Of a DNA stretch of 64,000 bases, positions 56,537-64,000 are shown one piece after another. Each line of letters opens with the position of its first letter. Within the stretch, counting starts at the first letter, position 1. The translations under genes were made by a program, and so were the position numbers. Origin of the DNA: an uncultured Clostridia bacterium (GTDB taxonomy: Bacteria; Bacillota; Clostridia; Oscillospirales; Acutalibacteraceae); contig CALWVN010000007.1 of NCBI GenBank assembly GCA_944384995.1, forward strand, positions 4,348 through 68,347, read 5' to 3'. Below the pieces are notes generated by a model. The model saw only the letters and a list, made by a program, of their open reading frames with translations. It did no database searches and had not been told where the DNA came from.

Positions 56537-56565
56537 ATTCTATACGAATCTTCGTAGACTTTCAA
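56537..56565 (-). promoter_or_regulatory. Promoter of the HTH-LuxR unit
   Basis: On the minus strand: TTGAAA (56565-56560), a 17-nt spacer, then TAGAAT (56542-56537). Confidence 0.55.
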
Positions 56566-56765
56566 GGCTTTCTAACTAAAAGCTGCAAAAAATATTTTCG
56601 ATTTTGATCCGATTGCTCCGCCAATCTGTCCGGGCGGCAATACGCTCTGCGGTTAAAGGCGAAAGAAAGGCTCTGCGCAAATGGCAGCCATTTGCACAAA
56701 GCCTGTTCATTTCCGTTCACTTGGCAAAGGCAGTCTTTTGCCGCACTGCCTTTTGCACCGAGCGT

Positions 56766-58103
56766 TTACTTTTTCTGCGGGCCGTTGTAGCCGTTCTGCT
56801 CCTGGAACGCGGCGATCTTTTCGATCACGCCGAGCACCACATCAAAGCCGTCGCCGACGGTTTCAAGCTCAAAGCGGTCGGGCATATCGCGCCAAGTATG
56901 ATAATAGTAGGTCAGCACGGGGTTCTGCGCCGCAAAAGTGACGGACTTCACGCCCGCTTTCGTCATGGGCGTGCTGTCGCAGCCGCCGACGGGGTTATGG
57001 ATGCAGCCGCCGGTCTTGCTCTCGATGCCGAGCTCCTGGAACGTGTCCTTAAACATTTTTTCCAGATCGGTGTCAAAGCGGGTGAACTGCCAGTCATCCT
57101 TGATGACGACCTCGAAATACTCCTTATCCGCGACGGAGTCGATGTTGATGTTCCATGCGTTTTTCAGCATTTCGTCGTGCTTGTGCTCCTCGGCAAACGC
57201 CATGGAGCCGCGAAGCCCCGCTTCCTCCGAGCCGCAGTTGAGGTCGATGATGCGGCAGTTTTTCGGCATTTTGTCGGGGTTTTCCTTAAAATACTTGAGC
57301 ACCGCATAGCTCAATGCGCACCCCGTAGCGTTGTCCATTGCCCCGCGAGAGGCGTTTTCCTCATGCGGGTCGCCCCACATGAGCACGAAGCAGCTCCCGA
57401 TCGCCGTAACGATCGGCAGGAAAAGCAGGGCGAATTGGAAATTCTGGAACGAGGCGGATTGGATCGCCTCATACGCCCACATCGCGCCGAAAGAAGCGCC
57501 GGTCATAATGGTCGCCATAGCGACGGAAGTGCCGATGAGGAAAAAAACACAAATCGCGCCGAAGCCGACCTTGCCGTAGGTCGAAAGGATCCCGAAAATC
57601 GGGTTATGGCGATGCTTGTAAGCGTGCTCCGAGTGCCGCCAGGACCAGCTGGTATCCGTATGGCCGGAAAGGATGATGGTGTAGTCATACTTGCCGTCCT
57701 CGGGAGTGAGCTCACCGTATGTATTCTGCGAGATCTTCTGGTGGAAGAACATATCGAACCAAGGCTTGTAAAGGAATACGCTGCACACGAGCCACACAAG
57801 GCAGGCGATCCCTGCAAGCGCCATCCCGTACCAAAGGGTGCTGATGGAAAGCGCAAAATACACAAGCCCACTCAAAATGAGCCCGAACCAGCCCGCGTAA
57901 GGAATGCCGCCGATGGACGCGCGCGGCGATACGGCAAACTCCTCTTTGACGGGTTCAATGCCGATCTCACGCAGCTTTTCGCCCATGTAGGCGGCGTATT
58001 TGCGCTCGCCCTCGGAGCCGGGAAGCCGCGAGCCGATCTCATGCGCCGCATGTTTTACGATGTCAAACGCGGTTTCGGCGTACTTTCTGTTTTCTTCTTT
58101 CAT
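56766..58103 (-). CDS. M28-family metallopeptidase whose catalytic domain is interrupted by transmembrane segments
   Basis: GSRLPGSEGERKYAAYM..., a TM block, ILSGHTDT, a second TM block, then GAMDNATGCA...CGSEEAGLRGS. GGAGG RBS. Confidence 0.7.
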   Translation of the reverse strand: MKEENRKYAETAFDIVKHAAHEIGSRLPGSEGERKYAAYMGEKLREIGIEPVKEEFAVSPRASIGGIPYAGWFGLILSGLVYFALSISTLWYGMALAGIACLVWLVCSVFLYKPWFDMFFHQKISQNTYGELTPEDGKYDYTIILSGHTDTSWSWRHSEHAYKHRHNPIFGILSTYGKVGFGAICVFFLIGTSVAMATIMTGASFGAMWAYEAIQSASFQNFQFALLFLPIVTAIGSCFVLMWGDPHEENASRGAMDNATGCALSYAVLKYFKENPDKMPKNCRIIDLNCGSEEAGLRGSMAFAEEHKHDEMLKNAWNINIDSVADKEYFEVVIKDDWQFTRFDTDLEKMFKDTFQELGIESKTGGCIHNPVGGCDSTPMTKAGVKSVTFAAQNPVLTYYYHTWRDMPDRFELETVGDGFDVVLGVIEKIAAFQEQNGYNGPQKK

Positions 58104-58230
58104 GTCTTCCTCCTACAGAATCGATTTTTGAAATAAATCCCCTTTATCATATTGCATTTTTTCACTAAAATCAAGTGGTGAACAGGTATTCACCACATTT
58201 TTATGCAGTTTTTTGGAAAATAAAATTCAT

Positions 58231-58277
58231 TTTTCACAAAGCACCCCGCCCCGCGGCATTTCGCTGCGGGGCGGGGT
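58231..58277 (-). terminator. Terminator after iolG
   Basis: 12-bp GC stem ACCCCGCCCCGC / GCGGGGCGGGGT. On the minus strand it is followed by GCTTTGTGAAAAATG. Confidence 0.55.
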
Positions 58278-58288
58278 CAAAAAGGGTT

Positions 58289-59302
58289 TTATTGAATTTC
58301 AGACAGCTTGACGGGGCGGTGCTCTTGGAGACTCTTTTTCGCGGCGAGCGCGATCTGCACAGACTGGAAGCCCGCGTGAATGCCGACGGGGACATCCGTA
58401 TCGTTTTCACAAGCGTCCACAAACTGCCGCATTTCCTCCGAAAACGAGCCCATGTAGCGCTCGAGGAAGAAGAACAGCGGCTTTTCGCCCGTGACGCCGT
58501 TTGCGTCGGAGACGACGGCAGAGGAAAGCGTATCGTTGGAGGTCGCGACCATGCCCTTCGAACCGAACAACTCCGCACGCTGGTCATAACCGTAGGCGGC
58601 ACGGCGGGAATTGTCGATGACCGCCAGCGCGCCGTTTGCCATTTTCATGGTGATGATGGCGGTATCCACATCCCCCTGCTCGCCGATGGCGGGGTCTACG
58701 AGCACCGCAGCGTTGACATAGACCTCCTCGACGTCGCTGTTCGTCAGGAAACACGCCATGTCGAAATCGTGAATGGTCATGTCAAGGAAGATCCCGCCCG
58801 AAACTTTGATATACGCAGGGTTCGGCGGTTCGGGGTCGCGCGAGGTGATTTTGAGGATGTGCGCGTCGCCGATCCTGCCGTCGTCATACGCCTTGCGCAC
58901 GGCGGCAAAGTTGTGGTCAAAGCGGCGGTTGAAGCCGACTTGGAATTTGAGCCCCGGATGGCGCTCAAGCGCGTCGGCGACCGCTTGGATCTTTGCAAGA
59001 GAATGATCGACGGGTTTTTCGCAGAACACGTGCTTGCCCGCTTCGATCGCCTCCACGGAAATGGCGGCGTGCGTGTCGGTGGACGAGCAGACGAGCACCG
59101 CGTCGATCTCGGGGTCTGCGAGGATCTGCTTATAATCCGTATAGATGTTCTTCACGCCGAAGCTTTCAAGGAATGCTCGGGTATCGTCGTTCATAAAGGG
59201 GTCGGCGACCGCCTTGACCGTCGCATTCGGAACGTGGTTGGTGATGGACTCCAGGTGCACCTTGCCGATGCGCCCTGCGCCGATAATGCCGATGGTTACC
59301 AT
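58289..59302 (-). CDS. iolG: Inositol 2-dehydrogenase (Gfo/Idh/MocA family)
   Basis: MVTIGIIGAGRIGKVHLE...HVFCEKP...GFNRRFD. GGAGG RBS. Sits within the iol operon. Confidence 0.85.
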   Translation of the reverse strand: MVTIGIIGAGRIGKVHLESITNHVPNATVKAVADPFMNDDTRAFLESFGVKNIYTDYKQILADPEIDAVLVCSSTDTHAAISVEAIEAGKHVFCEKPVDHSLAKIQAVADALERHPGLKFQVGFNRRFDHNFAAVRKAYDDGRIGDAHILKITSRDPEPPNPAYIKVSGGIFLDMTIHDFDMACFLTNSDVEEVYVNAAVLVDPAIGEQGDVDTAIITMKMANGALAVIDNSRRAAYGYDQRAELFGSKGMVATSNDTLSSAVVSDANGVTGEKPLFFFLERYMGSFSEEMRQFVDACENDTDVPVGIHAGFQSVQIALAAKKSLQEHRPVKLSEIQ

Positions 59303-59339
59303 AGTTTTCCTCCGTGTGTTGGATTTGTAAAACGCGTCG

Positions 59340-60848
59340 TTAGATCGTGCCGTCCCAGGTGGAGACTTCGGTAGCGGTCTTTTCTTCTTCGTCGAACCAG
59401 TGCGTGGTGACGGCTTTACTTTCGGTGAAGAAGCGGTACGCATCCTTGCCGAGGCAGTGGAGATCGCCGAAGAAGGACTGCTTATGCCCGGAGAACGGGA
59501 AGAAGCCCACGGGCACGGGAATGCCGACGTTGACGCCGACCTGCCCGCCGTCGGTATGGCGGACAAATTCACGCGCGAAATAACCACTTTGCGTGTAAAT
59601 AACCGAACCGTTGGCGTAGGGGCTCGCGTTCATAATGGCAAGGCCCTCGTTGAAATCCTTGCAGCGCTTGATGCACAGCACCGGGCCGAACACCTCGTCG
59701 CGGCCGATGGTCATATCCTCGGTCACATGGTCGAAGATCGTCGGACCTACGAAATAGCCGTCCTCATAGCCTTCGACCTTGTAATTTCTGCCGTCGAGAA
59801 CGAGCTCGGCGCCTTCCGCCACGCCTTTGTCGATATCGGCGAGCACCTCTTTATAATGCTTTTCATAGGTGATCGGCCCGAGCTTGGAGGTCTTATCCCA
59901 CGAAGGGCCGACCTTGATCTTTTGCGCCTGTTTTTTAAGCTCCGCCACGAATTTGTCGGCGATGGCTTCCTCCACCACGCAGCAGGAAAGCGCCATGCAG
60001 CGCTGTCCCGCGCAGCCGTATGCGGAGTTGATAACGCCGGCGACCGTGCGCTCCAAGGCGGCGTCCGCCATGACGAGCGCGTGGTTTTTTGCCTGACAAA
60101 GCGCCTGACAGCGCTTGCCCGCGGCGGCGGCGCGCTGATAGATCTTCAAGCCCACGGGCGTGGAGCCGACAAAGGTGATGCCCTTGACGTCCGGGTGGTC
60201 GAGAATGGTGTTGATCTCGTTGCGCGAGCAGGTCACAACGTTAATGACACCGTCGGGCACGCCTGCCTCTTTGTAAATTTTCGCAAACAGCATTGCGGTC
60301 TTCGGCGTCAGGGACGCGGCCTTCAAAACCATGGTGTTGCCGCAGGCAATGCAGGTCGGTGCCATCCAGCCGAAGGGGATCATGGCGGGGAAATTCACGG
60401 GCACGATCCCCGCGAACACGCCGATAGGCTCACGGTATTTGACCGTGTCATACCCACGCGACGCGTCCATGAGGCTTTCGCCCATCATCAAAGAGGGCAC
60501 TTGTGTGGCAAGCTCCGTCCCCTCTTTGGCTTTCAGCACGTCGCCTTCGGCCTCCGACCAGACCTTGCCGTTCTCTTTGGCGACGCTCATGGTGAGCTCT
60601 TCCATGTTTTCGATGATGAGGTCGCGGATCTTGTAAAGGATCTGCGCGCGCTTGATCGCGGGGACGGCGCGCCAGCCGGGATATGCCGCTTTCGCCGCAG
60701 CGATCGCTTCGAGCACCTCGTCGTTCGTGCAGCAGGGCGCCTGCCCCGTGACCTCACCCGTGCTCGGGTTGTGCAGGTCGTACCATGTATCGGTTTTGGA
60801 ATCCTTGAATTCTCCGTTGACAAAATATTGCAGTCTTTCAACAGCCAT
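59340..60848 (-). CDS. iolA: CoA-acylating methylmalonate-semialdehyde dehydrogenase
   Basis: 502 aa aldehyde dehydrogenase with VNFPAMIP, GQRCMA and the C-terminus FSGHKQSFFGDLH, typical of MmsA/IolA. Confidence 0.88.
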   Translation of the reverse strand: MAVERLQYFVNGEFKDSKTDTWYDLHNPSTGEVTGQAPCCTNDEVLEAIAAAKAAYPGWRAVPAIKRAQILYKIRDLIIENMEELTMSVAKENGKVWSEAEGDVLKAKEGTELATQVPSLMMGESLMDASRGYDTVKYREPIGVFAGIVPVNFPAMIPFGWMAPTCIACGNTMVLKAASLTPKTAMLFAKIYKEAGVPDGVINVVTCSRNEINTILDHPDVKGITFVGSTPVGLKIYQRAAAAGKRCQALCQAKNHALVMADAALERTVAGVINSAYGCAGQRCMALSCCVVEEAIADKFVAELKKQAQKIKVGPSWDKTSKLGPITYEKHYKEVLADIDKGVAEGAELVLDGRNYKVEGYEDGYFVGPTIFDHVTEDMTIGRDEVFGPVLCIKRCKDFNEGLAIMNASPYANGSVIYTQSGYFAREFVRHTDGGQVGVNVGIPVPVGFFPFSGHKQSFFGDLHCLGKDAYRFFTESKAVTTHWFDEEEKTATEVSTWDGTI

Positions 60849-60882
60849 GTTCTGCTACTCCTTTGCTTATGATGCGCGCTGT

Positions 60883-61776
60883 TTACAGCCCCGCTGTTTC
60901 GCGGATATATTTGCGCGCTTTGATCGCATATTCCAGCGGGTTTGCTTTTGCGGGGTCTTGCTCGGCTTCGACGAGCACGTAGCCCTCGTAGCCCGTTTCC
61001 TCCAGCACGTCAAAGATCGGCTTGAAGTCGATCACGCCGTCGCCGGGCACGGTAAACGTCCCCATGCGCACACCGTTGAGGAAGCTTAAGTTCTCCGCCT
61101 TGACCTCGGCGATGACCTCGGGGCGGATGTCTTTTAAATGGACATGGCGCACGCGGTCGGCGTATTTTTTGAGCACCGCCATGTAATCCTCGCCGCAGTA
61201 GGCCAAGTGCCCCGAATCGAACAGCAGCCCGAATACCTCGGGGTCGGTGTTTTCCATCAGGCGGTCGATCTCCGCAGCGGTCTGCACCACCGTACCCATG
61301 TGGTGGTGGAAGCAAAGCGCAATGCCCATATCCTTGGCGACACGCCCGAGACGGTTTAGCCCCGTGCAGAGCTTTTCCCACTCTTCATCGTTCATCACAT
61401 ACTTGTCGCGGAAAATGGAAAGGGTCGTGCCTTGAATGGAATGCCCCTGCTCCGAAACACCGACGACCTTTGCACCCATTTCCTTCAAAAATGAAATGTG
61501 GCGGATGAAGTCACGCTCTGTTTCCTCGTAGGGTTTGGTGGTAAGAAATGTGGAAAACCACGCATTGCAGATCTCCATACCGCGCAGCTCCAGCGCTTTT
61601 TTGAGGATCACTGCATCCTTAGGGTATTTGTTGCCGATCTCACAGCCGGTAAAACCGGCAAGCGCCATTTCGGAAATACACTGTTCAAAGGTGTTTTCCG
61701 CGCCGAGATCGGGCATATCGTCGTTTGTCCAAGCGATCGGCGCAATGCCGAGCTTGACCTTTTTGCTGTCGAGCAT
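60883..61776 (-). CDS. iolE: Inosose dehydratase (xylose-isomerase-like TIM barrel)
   Basis: [25 protein letters not shown]...; the TGATG junction overlaps the iolD stop. Confidence 0.88.
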   Translation of the reverse strand: MLDSKKVKLGIAPIAWTNDDMPDLGAENTFEQCISEMALAGFTGCEIGNKYPKDAVILKKALELRGMEICNAWFSTFLTTKPYEETERDFIRHISFLKEMGAKVVGVSEQGHSIQGTTLSIFRDKYVMNDEEWEKLCTGLNRLGRVAKDMGIALCFHHHMGTVVQTAAEIDRLMENTDPEVFGLLFDSGHLAYCGEDYMAVLKKYADRVRHVHLKDIRPEVIAEVKAENLSFLNGVRMGTFTVPGDGVIDFKPIFDVLEETGYEGYVLVEAEQDPAKANPLEYAIKARKYIRETAGL

Positions 61777-63692
61777 CAATACTTCCTCGCTTTCTCTAAA
61801 TGCGCCTGCCGGTCGGCATAGGCTTTTTGTACGGCTTCGTTTTGGGAGGTGCTCGCCACACCGACGTGCCACCATGCGCCGTAACCGTCCGTCATGGTCT
61901 TGGGCAGCACCTTGATATCGATGAGCGTAGAGACGGTCTGCGTAAGGCTGTCGCGCAAGGCAAACTCCAATTCCTCCATATTGCGCGCCGTATACGTCTT
62001 TACCCCGTAACCGGAAGCGGCGCGGGCAAAATCGATGGGGACAAGGTCGCCCGCAAGCTCGCCGTTCTCGCTGCGGAAACGGAATTCCGTAGCAAGGTTG
62101 CCGATGCCGTTGGACATTTCGAGGTTGTTGATGCAGCCGAAGCCGCAGTTGTCAAACAGCAGGACGTTGATCTTTTTGTGCTCCTGCACGCTTGTGACAA
62201 GCTCGGAATGCAGCATCAGGTAACTGCCGTCGCCGCACATGGCGTAGACTTCCTTTTCCGGATCGGCAAGCTTCGAGCCGAACGCACCCGCGATCTCATA
62301 CCCCATGCAGGAGTAACCGTATTCCATATTGTAAGAATAGCGGCTGTCCGAAGTCCACATGCGCTGCAAATCGCCCGGAAGCGAGCCTGCCGCGCCCACG
62401 CAGACCGCGTCCGCAGGGATCAACTCTCGGATCTTCGCAACGGCGGCGGTTTGGGTCAGCGTGCCGAAGCGTTCGGCGTATTCGGGGATGGTGCGCGGAT
62501 CGCCTGCGGCGATAAGGGGCTTGAACTCTTCGTCATACGCATAGGCAGAGAGTGACTGCATTTCCTTTTCCCAGGCGGTTTTGGCTACGGCAATCTCATC
62601 TGTATAAGCCGTGCAGTAATCGGCTTGTTCAAGCACAGCCTCGAGTGCTTCCAATCCGAGCTTTGCGTCGGCGACGAGTTTCACCGCGCCGAGCTTGTAC
62701 GCGTCAAAGCGGGAGGTGTTGATGGTAAGCACCTTTGCATCCGCGCGGAACAGGGATTTCGACCCCGTGGTGAAGTCGGAGAACCGTGTGCCGACACCCA
62801 AAATGACATCCGCCGCTTTTGCGATCATATTGCCCGCCGCGTTGCCCGTGACACCAAGCCCGCCGAGATTGTACGGATCGGACGAAAGACAGGCGGTCTT
62901 GCCGCTTTGCGTCTCGGCAAAGGGGATATTGAATTTTTTGCAGAAGCGTTCGAGCGTCTCGCCCGCTTCGGAATAACGCACGCCACCCCCGCAGATGACA
63001 AGCGGCTTTTTCGCCTGCAAAAGGATCGCGGCGAGATCGTCCGTTTCCTCCTTTGCGGGCGCAATACGGGTAATGCGATGCACGCGTTTTTGGAGAAATT
63101 CCTCGGGGAAGTCGTAGGTCTCGCCCTCAACGTCCTGCGGCATGGAAATGCAGACGGCGCCCGTTTCAGCGGTATCCGTCAGCACGCGCATGGCGTTGAG
63201 CATGGCGGACATCAGCTGCTCGGGCCGCGCGATGCGGTCCCAATAGCGGCAGACGGCTTTGTAGGCGTCGTTGGTCGTGGTTGCCAGAGAATTGACCTGC
63301 TCGAACTGCTGCAAAACGGGGTCGGGCTGGCGCGTGGAAAACGCGTCGGCGGGGAACAGCAGCAGCGGGATATGGTTGACCGTCGCAGTAGCGGCCGCCG
63401 TGATCATATTTGCGGCGCCCGGTCCTATGGATGACGAGCAGGCGATGATCTTGCGGCGGTTATTTTGTTTTGCGAACGCCGTGGCGGCGTGCGCCATGCC
63501 CTGTTCGTTTTTGCCCTGATAGACGGTCAAAGCGCCGTGGTCGGAATCCAGCGCCTCGCCCAGCCCGCAGACGATGCCGTGCCCGAAGATCGTAAAAATG
63601 CCGTCTACGAACTTTGTTTCCTTGCCGTCAAAAGATACATATTGATTATCTAAAAAGCGCACAAGCGCCTGTGCGGTCGTTAGCTTTGCCAT
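61776..63692 (-). CDS. iolD: 3D-(3,5/4)-trihydroxycyclohexane-1,2-dione acylhydrolase (TPP enzyme)
   Basis: [29 protein letters not shown]... and the TPP motif GDGSYLM...N. AAGGAGG RBS. Confidence 0.88.
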   Translation of the reverse strand: MAKLTTAQALVRFLDNQYVSFDGKETKFVDGIFTIFGHGIVCGLGEALDSDHGALTVYQGKNEQGMAHAATAFAKQNNRRKIIACSSSIGPGAANMITAAATATVNHIPLLLFPADAFSTRQPDPVLQQFEQVNSLATTTNDAYKAVCRYWDRIARPEQLMSAMLNAMRVLTDTAETGAVCISMPQDVEGETYDFPEEFLQKRVHRITRIAPAKEETDDLAAILLQAKKPLVICGGGVRYSEAGETLERFCKKFNIPFAETQSGKTACLSSDPYNLGGLGVTGNAAGNMIAKAADVILGVGTRFSDFTTGSKSLFRADAKVLTINTSRFDAYKLGAVKLVADAKLGLEALEAVLEQADYCTAYTDEIAVAKTAWEKEMQSLSAYAYDEEFKPLIAAGDPRTIPEYAERFGTLTQTAAVAKIRELIPADAVCVGAAGSLPGDLQRMWTSDSRYSYNMEYGYSCMGYEIAGAFGSKLADPEKEVYAMCGDGSYLMLHSELVTSVQEHKKINVLLFDNCGFGCINNLEMSNGIGNLATEFRFRSENGELAGDLVPIDFARAASGYGVKTYTARNMEELEFALRDSLTQTVSTLIDIKVLPKTMTDGYGAWWHVGVASTSQNEAVQKAYADRQAHLEKARKY

Positions 63693-63705
63693 TCGCAATA
63701 CCTCC

Positions 63706-64000
63706 TTAATCGGCGTGATCCAGCCACTCGTGCTCGGGCGCAACGGTGCGTGTTTTGCGCCACGGGTCGCCGTCGAGATGGCGGATCATCCAAACGTAAT
63801 ACATCGAATAGCCGGGCGCCGCGACCTGCTGGTGCGTTTGCAGCGGGGTGATGGCGAGCGCGCCGCCGTCGAGCACCTTAAAGCATTCGTCGCCGACAAA
63901 GCCCACACCGAAGCCCTGCGGCTTATCGAATTCATAGTAGTAAAGCTCCGGCTGCGGATGGAAATGCGGCGGGTAGCTTGACCAGCAGCCAGGCTTATGG
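63706..64000 (-). CDS. iolB: 5-deoxy-glucuronate isomerase, C-terminal part (5' end outside the window)
   Basis: The frame is open to the window edge. ...[51 protein letters not shown] is a cupin-type sequence. Operon context supports the call. Confidence 0.8.
   Translation of the reverse strand, partial: HKPGCWSSYPPHFHPQPELYYYEFDKPQGFGVGFVGDECFKVLDGGALAITPLQTHQQVAAPGYSMYYVWMIRHLDGDPWRKTRTVAPEHEWLDHAD

Overview
GC-rich chromosomal segment from a spore-forming Clostridia genome (it carries yabP-yabQ-divIC-yabR and spoVAC-spoVAD), possibly Oscillospiraceae/Ruminococcaceae-like; taxonomy is inferred from gene content only. Most genes are core genes on the minus strand. In order: a GH16-like gene end, DUF1292, uvrA-uvrB, radC, pyrE, a J-domain/DUF5685 cluster and metF. 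Next comes a cobalamin-riboswitch-controlled pair of surface proteins, then a NuoE/NuoF/(NuoG+GltD-fusion) flavin/Fe-S oxidoreductase operon and a PHP phosphoesterase. A 7.6-kb translationally coupled glycan operon follows (adenosyltransferase-like, C_GCAxxG_C_C, GH-D-like hydrolase, sulfatase, GH31). After that: rpmG-secE-nusG-rplKAJL, tRNA-Pro and tRNA-Val, a CNNM/hemolysin-type protein, pyruvate:ferredoxin oxidoreductase, hpf, a lone fumarate hydratase alpha subunit, the sporulation genes, nagA and gdh. A small accessory-looking island holds an HTH protein, a LuxR/TPR regulator and a 906-aa internally duplicated repeat surface protein. The window ends with a membrane-interrupted M28 peptidase and an inositol catabolism operon (iolB-D-E-A-G). 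No CRISPR array, transposase, integrase or recognisable defence system was seen. The most unusual item is an orphan ~680-nt non-coding transcription unit at 395-1106 (minus strand). It has a near-consensus promoter, an intrinsic terminator and many short hairpins, and I cannot assign it to any RNA family by eye. Second is the B12-riboswitch-controlled 'split transcobalamin-like' surface pair. All coordinates and start sites come from manual reading; no searches or folding were run.
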